Shown here piece by piece: positions 40,605-53,096 of a DNA stretch of 64,000 nt; positions within the stretch are counted from its first letter, which is position 1, and the number at the start of each line of letters is the position of its first letter. The translations under genes were made by a program, and so were the position numbers. Source of the DNA: Geosiphon pyriformis uo1 (lineage: Eukaryota > Fungi > Glomeromycota). The stretch is taken from NCBI GenBank assembly GCA_016748015.1, contig JAAOMT010000766.1, positions 24,005 through 88,004 on the forward strand, read 5' to 3'. Below the pieces are notes generated by a model. It did no database searches. It saw nothing but the letters and a program-made list of their open reading frames with translations, and was not told the DNA's origin.

Positions 40605-42224
40605 CAGTCCAATAGATAGCCAAATATTTTAGTGTTAAAGTTCTATAATTCTTTTTAGCTGGACTTAAGCTTTGACTGGCATATGCTATTAGGTGTTTTC
40701 TTCTATCTGGTTTTTTTTGTGATAGTACAGCTTTTAATGCTTAACTAGATGCATTGGTAATAATAATGAATAGCTTGCTATGATCTAAATAGATTAGTAC
40801 TGGTACTTAAATAAGCTTTTTTCTCAAGATGTTAAAAGCTTCTTGTTAATTTTCAGTCTATTTATATTTCATATTTTTTGCTTAAAGCTGGTAAAATGAT
40901 TAAGCCAGTTTGGAAAAATTTTGGATAAAACAGTGATAATATTCAGCAAATTCTAAGAATGTTCTTAATTCTGTAAAATTTGTTGATACTAAAAAGTTCT
41001 TAACTATCTTAATCTTATCTGGATCTATTTTAATGCCATCTTTGCTTATGACATATTCCAAAAACTTGAGTTCTGTTTTGTCAAAGAAACATTTGTTTGC
41101 ATTTAATTTTAATTTGGCTTTCTATAGTCTTTTGAATATTTGTTGAAGATAATAGAGATGATCATCAAATGTTTTTAAGAATACATTAATGTTATCTAAG
41201 TAAACTACTACTAACTTCCATAGTAATCTAGTATAGAAAATTTCCATAAGCCATTGAAAGGTAGCTAAAGCATTCATTAAGCCAAATAGCATAACATTAA
41301 ATTTGAAATTCTCTTTTTTGGTTATAAACACTGTCTTTTCTTTGTCTGCTGAATTTATGGCTACTTGTCAGTAACTACTGTCTAGATCTAATATTGAAAA
41401 CCATTTTTTTTCTCCAAATGCATCGAATAGTTCTTGAATTTGTGGAGTTAAATAGCTGTTCTCATAAGTAACACTGTTAAGTTTTCTGTAATTCACACAA
41501 AAATAGATTTTTCTATTCTTCTTTTGAACTAATACTATTGATAATGATTATGAACTTATTGATGATTGAATTAACTCATTGTCCAATATTCTGTTGATTT
41601 TCTGTTGAATGATTTTATGGCTTATTGGTGGTACTTTGTATGCTTTTTGTTTAATTAACATTGTATTTCCAGTTTTAATTTGGTGTTGGATAATATTAGT
41701 TCTGCTAAATTCGTTTTTACTGGTAAATATGTTAGTGAAATTGTTGAAAAACATCTTAAGTTGCATATATTAAAGTGGGTCTAAGTTTTCCAAGTTCATT
41801 TGGTCCAATTATTCTGATTGAAACAAATAATATTCTTTTTAGTCATATATAATTTGTAATATAATATCAACATATTTACACAATTATAAAAAATCTGGAA
41901 TAGTGTTTGGTAATTGGTTTTCAACTTTAGTATTCAAGTATTTGATGATAATTCCACTTGGTATTTTGATGGTATTTTCAGTTGTGTTATAAATAGAAAT
42001 TTTGATGTGTTTATAGTTCTTAGCTAATATATATAGATTAATGATTTTAATTTTTCTTGATTCACAAATAGTTGGTTTTGCTTTAACAATTTAAGACTGG
42101 TCCTTTATTTTTCTTTCTATTATTAACATATACTGGTCATATAATAAAATGAAAACTAATTGATGGGTAAAGATAATTTCTCTCTTATTAATTGCTTTTT
42201 CTTCTATTATATTGACTAGTACAT

Positions 42225-43130
42225 TGTTATTCATAGAATATAGGAAGTATATTAGCATATAAATTAGCCAATCAAAAGTAGCCATAGTAAATATGGAATT
42301 CCAGAATTCCTCTCAAAGAAATTGCAGGATTCCAAGAATTTCAAAATTCTCATACAATGAATTGCAGGATTCCAGAATTCCAGGATTCCTTTCAAAGGAA
42401 TTGCAGAATTCCAGAATTGCAGAATTCCTTTCAAAGAAATTGCAGGATTCCAAAAATTCCAGAATCCCTGATGGAAAGAATTAAGGAATTGAGGAATCTC
42501 AATTATGTATATATAGCAGTAGTGCTAAAAGTAGAAAAGACAGAATCTTTTAGTTAAAAATCTCTCAGTTTAGATTTAATTTAAGTGACCTTCTAATTTA
42601 CAAATATTAATAAATAATTATTTGATATCTCAATCTATTCTCCACTATTAACACTTCATGTTGATAGTAATTGATACTTAACCACACTAAAACAATAGCT
42701 TTTGATCATGGCTATTGATGGGATACTAACTTGCAATTGCTTTTACTCATTTTTTTATCTTCCTTTATTTTCTTTTATTTCTTTTTGTTATTTTTTTTTG
42801 TTTTTACTAATTGATTAAGAATTAAGTGCTGAGTTACAGATGTTATAAGAACTGGTAAAAGACCCATGAAACAAGGGTAAAACACTCATAGATTTGAGAA
42901 TAGCTTATCAGGAGAATTACTGACCATTATGCTGAAAAAAAATTTGATGGAATTGTGATTCTGGAAGGCTACTGAAACAATTATTGAATCTCTGTCCATT
43001 ATACAAAAAACTTAACAACCAAAACCTTTAGATAAACAACACCTTCAGATATTACCAACCAAATTATCAATTAAGCACCAAGTTACAGGTTTGTTATTTG
43101 ATTTGAGACTCCAAATATTCATCTGTAACA
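42225..43130 (+). repeat. Solo LTR G inserted in element A in the opposite orientation
   Basis: TGTTATTCATAG...CTGTAACA with perfect TSD ACAT on both sides. Confidence 0.92.
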
Positions 43131-46100
43131 ACATCTATTTTACCTGTGAATCTGAATTTATTTTTCCCTCTGGCTGTAATTCTTAATTTTTTTTTTGTTC
43201 TTACTAATATTAATTAAGCTATTTTTATTAGAGGTAAGAATATTGTCTGTGCTATCTTTTTGTTTGGTTTAATTATATATGGTTTTTTAATTCATTTTGT
43301 AGTATTGCAATAATATTTCTTACATATTCTGTGTCAATTATTTCTTTTTTAATGTTAATTTTTTTTTCACTAAACTAAATTTAGATGCTAATTGAACTAT
43401 TGTTGTTGCTAGAATTTCCAGTGCTATTTTCAGATCAATACTAATACATGAATGTGGTTCTAATTTGATAGCTATTTTTTCTGAATATCTAAGATTAAAC
43501 CTTATATTAGTATTATGCACATGTTCTGACATAATATCTTTCTTATTATTACTGAACCATTTTAGTTTCTGTTCTATTAACAGATTTGGAAGTACAATAT
43601 ATTGTTTGAAGTTATAATCAGAGTTTGAATTATTATTGTCATTATCATAATAAATAGAATTAGAACTGTTGTCGTCATTATTATCAGAGTCTAAATTGAA
43701 GTTGAATTTCAATTTCAATTCTGTTATGCACTCATTAATTGATTCTTCCTTCTCAGGAATTGAATAAATCATGCATGATAGTAAATTGTAGATGAGATTA
43801 CAATTATTACAATATTCAAAATTACTAGAAATTAAGCAATATTTATACAGTCTTGTGTTTAGCTGTTCTAAATACTGGTTTTATTCTTTTTTAGTGAATG
43901 TTAGGTCTTAATAGTGTTTGTAAAATTGTTTTGAATCACTTAGAATATCAAGAAATGCATTTGTATTGGGAATAAGAACAGTTTTAACTGGTTTTAATAG
44001 GTTGTTCTTAATTACTAATATTTTACTAAATAAAACATTTTCAATTTTGGCATTTGCTATTTACCAGATTTCATTTTTGTTATGTGGATAATTATTGTTA
44101 TGAGATGGTTTTCTTGGTATATTTAATTGCCAATATTCTGTTTTAATTACAATCAGTCTCTCATGAGTTTTTCAATTCTATTTGTGTAATAATATTACTG
44201 TTATATTGAAGACTTTCTTTTTAATGTTGTAATATAAGTTATTTTTTAATTCTTGATTGTTGTATGTATTTATATACTTTTTTTCAGAGATTAAACTAAA
44301 ATTTACCTACTGTTTGGTGTTTTCTCTAAGACTATTCTTGCAATTATCTAATGTGTTTCTCTAATCTAAAAACACAGTATTATTAATAGAAAAAACATAC
44401 AAGAAAATAGTAGAAAAAACAGATAAACCAATAAGAGAATAATAGCTAACACGTGAGCACATTGCTTAACAATATGAGCATTAAAAACAAAAAAGACAGA
44501 ATCAATACCAAGATCTTCCAGTTAAAACATCTTAGTTAAAATCATCAATATTAATAAATAATTATTCACTATCTAAATTATTTTTTTCACTATTAACACT
44601 TTATGTTAATAGTATCTAATACTTGATTACACTGGAACAATAGCTCTTGATTACAGCTATTAATGAAGACTAACTTTTATTGTCTTGGCTTAATTTCTTT
44701 ATTTTCTCTTTATTTATTTTTCTTTAGTTTTGTTTCTTTGTTGTTTACTAATTGATTAACATGTAAAGGTATTGATGTTAAGATATAGTACTGGTAAAAG
44801 ACCCAAGAATAAGGGTAGACACTCGAAATTGAGAATAACTTACCAGAAAATTACTGGCTATTAAGCTAAGAAAAAAATTGACAGAATATAAATATTCTGG
44901 AAAGTAATGAACAAAACAAGCACACCAACTTGAGAGTTGAGAAAACACTAAGAATATCACCAAAAGATACATTTATTGAATCTCTGTCTATTATACAAAG
45001 AACTCAACCAAAACTTTTAGATAATACTTATTATATCAGCTATTAAGCACCAAGTTATGAGTTTTTTATTTGATTTGAGACCCCAAATAATCACCTGTAA
45101 TATTTGGTGCTTTTTGTGAGGTATAATCCAACAGAAAACCAGCACCAACAGTAACCATCTGAAATAGTAGCAGAATTAGAAAAAATAAGGACAAATCACT
45201 TGGGATTTGTAAAATCCTTATTCCAGTATTACAAAAGACATCTTGGATTGACAAATAATAATTGGCCAGCAGAATCAGTTTTCAATTGCTATATTCAATA
45301 AAAGAATTGTATATTATTTGGGAGACTAAGGAGATCCAAAATCCACTTTTAATAATTTCTTCAGTAAACTACTTCAAAGCACTACACTGTCACAAAATTA
45401 TTTATTTGCACCATTAATTACAGAAATAAACAGAGAAATTGAAAAGTACACTAAACAAAATTTCTCATCACTTTTGTTGACAAAAAAAAAAGAAAATTGC
45501 AAACATCAGCAAAAATCTCAAAGCAAATACAATTACTTACTTGGAAGAAACAAAGAGTTGATTCATCAATTAATTCATCATATTATTACATACCTAAAAG
45601 TACCATCAATATAATATCAACAAGCATGTTCATAGTAAATGCAACAATCTCATTAAACAGACTCCCATTCCAAAGTAAACAGAAGAAAACAGAGTTATTA
45701 GAAACCTATGACAATTATTTTGAGAGATTTAAATCACAATTCCCAATACCATCAGAATTTTGATTACTATTACCACAACCAGATTTTAAAGCCGCTGTTA
45801 CTCATAGAATATAAGGAGTATATTAGCATATGAATTAGCCAATCAGAAGTAACTGTAGTAAATGTGGAATTCTAGGATTCCTCTTAAGAGGAATTACAGG
45901 ATTCCAGGAATTTCAGGATTCTCGTACAAGGAATTGTAAGATTTCAGAATTCCAGAATTTTTCTCAAAAAGAATTTCAGGATTCTTGGTGTGAAAAATTG
46001 AGAAATTGAGGAATCTCAATTTTATATATATAGCAGTAGTATTAGAAGCAGAAAGAAACAGAATCTTTTTAGTTAAAGACTTTTCAGTTTAAGATTTAAT

Positions 46101-46720
46101 CTAAGCAACTTTTCAACTCACAAATATCAAATAAATAATTATTCTCACAATTCCAAATCTACCCTCTACTATCAACACTTTATGTTGATAGTAATTGATA
46201 CTTAACTACATTGGAACAATAGCTCTTGATCATGGCTATTGACAGGATACTAATATTTATTGCCTTGGCTCATTTCTTTTAAATTTTTTTTATTTCTGTT
46301 ATCTTTTTTGTTTTACTAATCACTTGAAGATTAAGTGCTGAGTTATTGACATCACAGATAGCCTGGTAAAAGACCCCAAAAGAAGGGTATAGAAATTGAG
46401 AATTTAAGGATAGCTTACCAAAAAGGCATCTCTGCTAAGATTACCAGCCACTATGCTGAAAAAGAAATTCGATGGAATTGCAATTCTGGGAGACTACTAG
46501 AAAAGACAACTATTGAATCTCTGTCCATTATACAAAAGACTCCACAACAAAACCTTCAGATAAACAACACCTTCAGATATTACCAACAATACTATCAATT
46601 AAGTATCAAGTTACAGATTTGTTATTTAATTTAAGACCCCAAATAATCATCTATAACATTTGATGCTCTCTGTAAGGTATAATTCTACAGAAAACCAGCA
46701 CCAACAACAACTATCCAAAA

Positions 46721-49700
46721 GTGGCAGAATCAGAAATCATAAGGACAAATCATTTAGGATTCACCAAATCTTTATTTCAACAATACAGCCAACAATTGGG
46801 CTTAACCAACAACTATTATTCAGCAGAATCTGCTTTCAACTTTTATGTCAATAAAAAGATCACAGACTGTCTAAGAGGAACAGTTGACATTGAATCAGCA
46901 AGAGAAAACTTCTATACAGAATTATTTCAACATACCAGCTTACCAAAAAATCATAGTTTCGTATCAACCATCAGGGAAATTAACCAAACCATTGAAAGAT
47001 ACACTCAACAACAATTCTCTATTACCTACACAGACAAAGGCAAAAGAAAGTTACAAACACCAGCAATAATGCCTAAAGAAATACAACTATCAACTTGGAA
47101 GAAAACAAGAATAGAATCACTAACAAATCCATCATACTACTATACACTAAGAAACACCATCAACATCATATTAACAGGTGCATTCACATTAATTATGACA
47201 TCAACATTCGGACAATTTACATTTCAGAGTAAACAAAGGAAAGAAAATTTTCTAGGACCATATGGCATGTATTTTAAAGGATTCAAGTTATGATCACCAA
47301 CACCATCAGGACTTTAATTCTCACCACTCCAACCAGATTTCAGAACCATGAGTCCTTGGAAAATAATGAAATTGGAAGGAGAACAAAAAGAAGAGGAAAA
47401 AAAATTTAAAGATCAAGAATTTACTTACCAGAACTTGATCTCCAAAAACCCAGAAGTTGAAACTCCAAGCCTTCAAACTTAGCAACATCTAAACTTAGAA
47501 AATCCAGAAATCAAAACTCCGAATATTTAAGCACTGCCAAATTAGGACAATCCAAACTCTGAGTTAATTATTCAGCAAAACTTATCTTCAGTAATTATTA
47601 TTGACCAGCCACCAGTTGAACTGATTCAACAACAGCAAATACTATTGCAGCAGCCATTACAACAACCACTTCAACTACCACAACAACTAAACACAGATCC
47701 AATAGCCTATATTCCAATAGCAAAACTTGAAAAATTTACAGAAGAAGAGAATGACACACAAATATGGCTTAATGACATTGAAAAAACCATCACAGCCAAC
47801 AGATAAAATAACATGAGAGTCCTACAAACCATCTCATATTTCTTACAGGATACTGTTAACTTGTGATATCAAAGTTTGGCTGCTAAACTACAAACATTCT
47901 AGGAATTTAAAATTGCATTCTTGGGATATTTCAGTAATAATAACAGTATTAATTGCCTAGCCAACATCTTCACCACCATCAAACAAAAAAAAATGAAGCA
48001 GTTACCACTTACTTAGGATGCTTTTATAGAAATCTGTACCAAATTCAGGCCATATAAGCTGATTATTTTACAGCACCACAAATTCTGAATCAATTTATTA
48101 GAGGACTGTGCAGTAGCATCCTCCAATATGTATGCCCAATACATTCAGCAAATTTTCAAGCCACAGTTACAAATGCTAGAGATTTTGAATTGGCTGAACT
48201 CGAAGCAAATTATGTCCAAGCCATAAATCTAGTAATGAATGGATCATCTGAATTGGATTCTAAATTAAAACAATTCAGTGATTCAATCAATCAGAAATTA
48301 GAAGGATACTTAACTGACAATCATGTAATTTATCAATCTCCCCAATGATGCAACAATCAAGGAAACTCAAATTGTTCCCCAAAATCAATTGCATCCAGCA
48401 TTGTCAATCAATTAACCATGACAACAAGAAATGCATGTATACTATTATTGTGGTAAACAAGAACATTTGCAATTTGAATGCCAAAAAAAAATAAGTGACC
48501 TAAGATCAGCTAATCAGTATCAAAACTCCAATTATTAACTACAATCACAAAATTATGTTAGTAACCAATTACTGGAACAATATCAACTGAATTACCTATC
48601 TATAATACAACAGCCAATTTATCAACCACCAGTTTATTAGCCAACAACACCTGTAATTTATCAATCACAGTTCCAGCCTATCTATCAGCTGCAGCCTTAA
48701 ATAATCTATTAACTCCAACAAATTCAAACACCACCACAAAACTTACTTCAAAATAGAACCCAAAGGCCAAAACTGATACAACAGAGCTAGAGATCATTAA
48801 TAGTAGTTCATCAATCAATCCCCAGTTCTTTGACCCAGTCATCAGAATCTCGACAATAAAATTCGGGCACCAGGTACACCCAAAACCCAAGTCTTCTGGT
48901 TACCCCAAAAGATGCCTCACCCAACAACCAGAAATCCAAACAAAAGCAGCCACTTACCAGCAATATTCTACCAGCAACCATCTCCAACAATGAATTCCTA
49001 ACAGCTATTTTTCCTTTCAAACTCAAGAAAACCACACCAGTCTCACTATTCAGTAGGGCTGCTTTTGACACCAAACTAATCACTGTTATGTACACTGACA
49101 CAAAAGTGGATGGTTATGTCATCAAACTGATCTTAAACAGTAGATCAACTGACAGTATCATTACATGACAACTCATGGACCAATTAGGTCGCTGAGTTGA
49201 TCATGCTGTCAGTGCATACATAATCACTGCTGATAAAGCAACCAAAACTCTAATCAGCAAGATCAATGATTTTCTAATAAAGGTCAATGGTATCATAGTA
49301 CCAATTAAAGTATTAGTTATAGAAGCCACCCAATATCAAGCTCTAGTTGGAAATGATTGGCTGTTTAAAACCAACACAATGCTTGACTGGACCACCCAAG
49401 AGTTGCAAATCAGCCAAAATGGCCAACATACGTGAACACCAGCAACGTGTAGTTATTTCAAGATTACCAATGTGCCAACACCTTTAATAGAACTCGAAAA
49501 AGAGATAAGCAAACCTATTTGGGAAGCTTATCAAGTATTGTGAGGTAACAAAGACTACAACAAACTATTATCAATACTCTTTTGGAACAACAATGAAAAA
49601 AGAACACAAAAGGAAGAACTTACCTGAAATGCAAACCAAATCTGGGAAACTAACAATGGCTCAGATGAACTGCCAATTTGAAAATAGAAAAAAACCGACA

Positions 49701-52700
49701 AAGGAAAAAAAAAAAGGAAAAAGGGAGATTTACCCGAAGAAACCACCACCACAGAAGAAATAACTAATGGCTGAAAAAAAAAGTACTCATGAGAACCAAT
49801 AATGGAACCACTATACATACCTCTCAAATGCAAAGACTGTGGAAAAAAACTTTCTTTCATGAAAGCTTGGGTTGTGTCAGACAAAAATTACTGAATGTAA
49901 ACCCACTATTACTGCAAGTCATGCCACAAAAAATGGTATAGCTATCCAAAGTAACAAGACAAGTAGGACAATAAACCATGTCTTGCTTGTGGAGAACAGT
50001 TGCTCAATGAAGGAATGTGGAACAACATTCCTAGTTAAGGAGGAACATGTGACACTTCGTGCCAATACACAATCCTCATCAGCAACTGGGTAAATTGTAG
50101 AACACCTGTTACTGTCACCTGGCACTGAGCAATCTCACACTTAGACAGTTATTTACATGACAAAGATGAGATCTGGCAAATAGTAAATGCTAAAATAGAA
50201 GGCATCACGTCCAATAAAATACGAGAAATCAAGAACAACCCTCCAGAACCAGTTAAAATTGTATTGGTTCCCAATCCAAATGCTTTTTTGGATCTGAAAA
50301 CAGGCCCAGAAGAATTCCATAAGCATTATCAAAATTTAGCACTTACTAAAGAAAAACAAGAGCAGCATTTAAAACAATTGAATACTTGATTATGTCAATA
50401 TTGCTTAATTCCCTATGACTTTTAATATTGTAATGAGTGTGAACTCATTTACAATTCACCAACACGCATGATCTACATGATCCCAGAAGAGGAAGAACCA
50501 ATCAGCAGCTGCGTATTAGAATTGGAATCAACTTTTAATCCTAATTCAAACTCCAATAACAATGATGATAAAAATAATAGTTCCAGTTCCATTCAAAATG
50601 GCAATAAAAATTATGATAATTCAGACTCCAATTCAAACCCCGAAACATATATCACACTTTTTGACCTCTTTAAGGAGCAAGAACTTAAATGGTTCAGTAA
50701 TAACAATAAAAATATCATGCCAGAATGTGTGCATGATACTGATGCCAGGTTTGATCTAAGATATCCAGAGTAAGACATCATCAAATTGGAACCACATTTG
50801 CACACATGTATTAATCTCAAATTAGCATTAGAAATCTTAGCAACAACAATAGTTTAACTAGCATCTAGAAGTAGTTTAACAAAAAGGGAAATTAACATTA
50901 GAGAAGGAATAATTGATGCAGGATATGTAGGGAATATTATTGCAATGCTACAAAATGATTCAAAAAAGACCTATGTTATAGAGCCAAATAAAAAGATAGC
51001 ACAGGCAATATTCCTGTTTCTGGTGAAAATAGTTCAATTAGTATTAGTGGGAAACAAAGAAGAATTAGGGATTATGGCTAGAGGAATACAAGGATTTGGA
51101 TCAACAGATAGAATAGATGTACCAGTTAATATGGCAGAAGAAAAAATTATTAACAAGAGAGAAATTATCTCCACCCGTCAACCAATTTCCATTCTACCAT
51201 ATGACCAGTACATGGTAGCCATAGAGAGAAAAGTGAAGAATCAGATTCAGATTTTTGAGGCAGAAGCAACACTTTGTGAATCAGGAGGAATTGGTTTAGT
51301 CAACTTATACATACCAGCAAAAAACCACAGTTATATTAAAATCCCCATTTACAACAACACAGGAGATATTATCAAGATACCAGCAGAAACCACCATCAGA
51401 TACTTGACCACAGAAATTGAAGACCAATTTCCAAACACCATTCCAGACTTTTCACAACTGTGCAAATATGTAGACATTACATTACAAACAATATATGGAT
51501 GAGAAGAATGTTATCTGCTTTAACCAGAACAGTTGAAACAGATAAACATAGGAAACTTGGACTCATTTCAACATATTTAGCTCAAGATGTTGTTCAACAA
51601 CTTTAATGACATCTTTGCCAGCAAAAATGAATTTAGCAGAACTAATATCATCTAACATCAAATCAAGACTAGAGATACAATGTCAATTAAACAGAGAGCA
51701 TACAGAGTACCACCAGCTAGCCATGAGATAATTCATTAAAAAATCAATCAGATGCTTGACAATGGGCTAATTCAGCCATTAATAAGCCCATGGTCATTAC
51801 CAGTAGTACTAGTCCATAAGAAAAATGGAAAAATCCACTTTTATGTAGATTACTAAAAACTGAATGGAGTAACAAAAAGAGACAGCTACTCAACTCCAAA
51901 GATCCAAGAACTTTTTGATGCTTTTGGAGAAAAGAAATGGTTTTTAACATTAAACTTAGATAGTGGTTACTGGCAAGTAGCCATAAACTCAGAAGATAAA
52001 AAGAAGACAGCTTTTACAACATGAGAAAAAAATTTTGAATTTGAAGTAATGCCATTTGGCTTGATGAATGCACCAGCAACATTCCAATGGCTAATAGAAA
52101 TTGTATATACCAGACTACTATGGAAATCAGTAGTCATATACTTGGATAACACCAATGTGTTCTCAAAAACATTTGATGATCATCTGCATTATTTCTAACA
52201 AGTGTTTGAAAGATTAAAAAGAGTTGGATTAAAGCTAAATACAACCAAATGTTTCTTTGAAAAAACTGAACTCAAGTTTTTGGAACATGTGGTAAGCAAA
52301 AACAGAATCAAAACAGATTCAGACAAGATTGAGATTGTCAAGAACTTTCTAGTACCAAATAATCTCACAGAATTGAGAGCATTCTTGAGATTTGCTGGAT
52401 ACTACTGTCACTTCATCAAAGACTTTTCTAAAATAGCTCAACCACTACACCAGCTCCAAACAAAAAACACCAAATATGAATGGACAGAAACCCAGCAAAA
52501 AGCTTTTAATACATTAAGAAGAAAGCTTATTCAAGCCCCAGTACTAATCTATCTGGATCATAGTAAGCCATTTATAATTACAACTGATGCATTTGGTTAA
52601 GCATTGGAAGCAGTATTATCTCAGAAAAAACCCAATGGATGAGAACACCCAGTAGCTTATGCCAGTAGAAGCTTAAGTCCAGCTGAAAAGAACTATAGAA

Positions 52701-52937
52701 CTCCAGCACTGGAACACTTAGCTATCTATTGGGCTGTCATCAAGTAGAAAGAATACTTGAATTAAAAGTTTGAAGTGTACACTAATCACAAGAGATTGAC
52801 TTCAATTCAGAAGCAAGAATTTGAAGACAATCACCATGTCAAATGGAAAATAGAACTTTTACCATTCAATTATACAGTACATTATAAAAAAGGAAAAGAC
52901 AATAGAAATGCTGATGGTTTGTTACAAATGAGACAAA

Positions 52938-52942
<5 letters not shown>
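46721..52942 (+). pseudogene. ORF1 of element E: N-terminal domain-Gag-CCHC-PR-Cys-rich-dUTPase-RT-RNase H
   Basis: Collinear domain motifs interrupted mainly by transition-derived stops; ends NADGLLQMRQI-TAA. Confidence 0.8.
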
Positions 52943-52968
<26 letters not shown>

Positions 52969-53023
52969 TAAAACCAAAAAAAAANNNNNNNNNNNNNNNN
53001 NNNNAAAAAAAAAATGCTAATGG

Positions 53024-53070
<47 letters not shown>
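52941..53070. other. Assembly gap (N run) with poly-A artefact
   Basis: Ns flanked by long A runs and a duplicated AATGCT(G/A)ATGGTTTGTTA fragment. Confidence 0.9.
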
Positions 53071-53071
<1 letters not shown>

Positions 53072-53096
53072 ATTTCAACCCAAAAATATAACAAAA

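Larger units (their letters stand above)
16524..44377 (-). mobile_element. Ty3/Gypsy element A (5'-truncated), host of elements B and G; own pieces 16524-19761, 40605-42224, 43131-44377
   Basis: 3' LTR, PPT, ORF3, integrase and RNase H, resuming in register after B (TSD CAGT) with RT, and after G (TSD ACAT) with dUTPase. Confidence 0.85.

Noticed and set aside
42293-42557. Repetitive ORFs (RNCRIP/ELQDS)
   Set aside because: Translations of the U3 tandem array of solo LTR G.
52941-53070. Long poly-A as a retroposed insertion or regulatory tract at the RH-IN junction
   Set aside because: Flanks an N gap and is absent from the three other copies; an assembly artefact.
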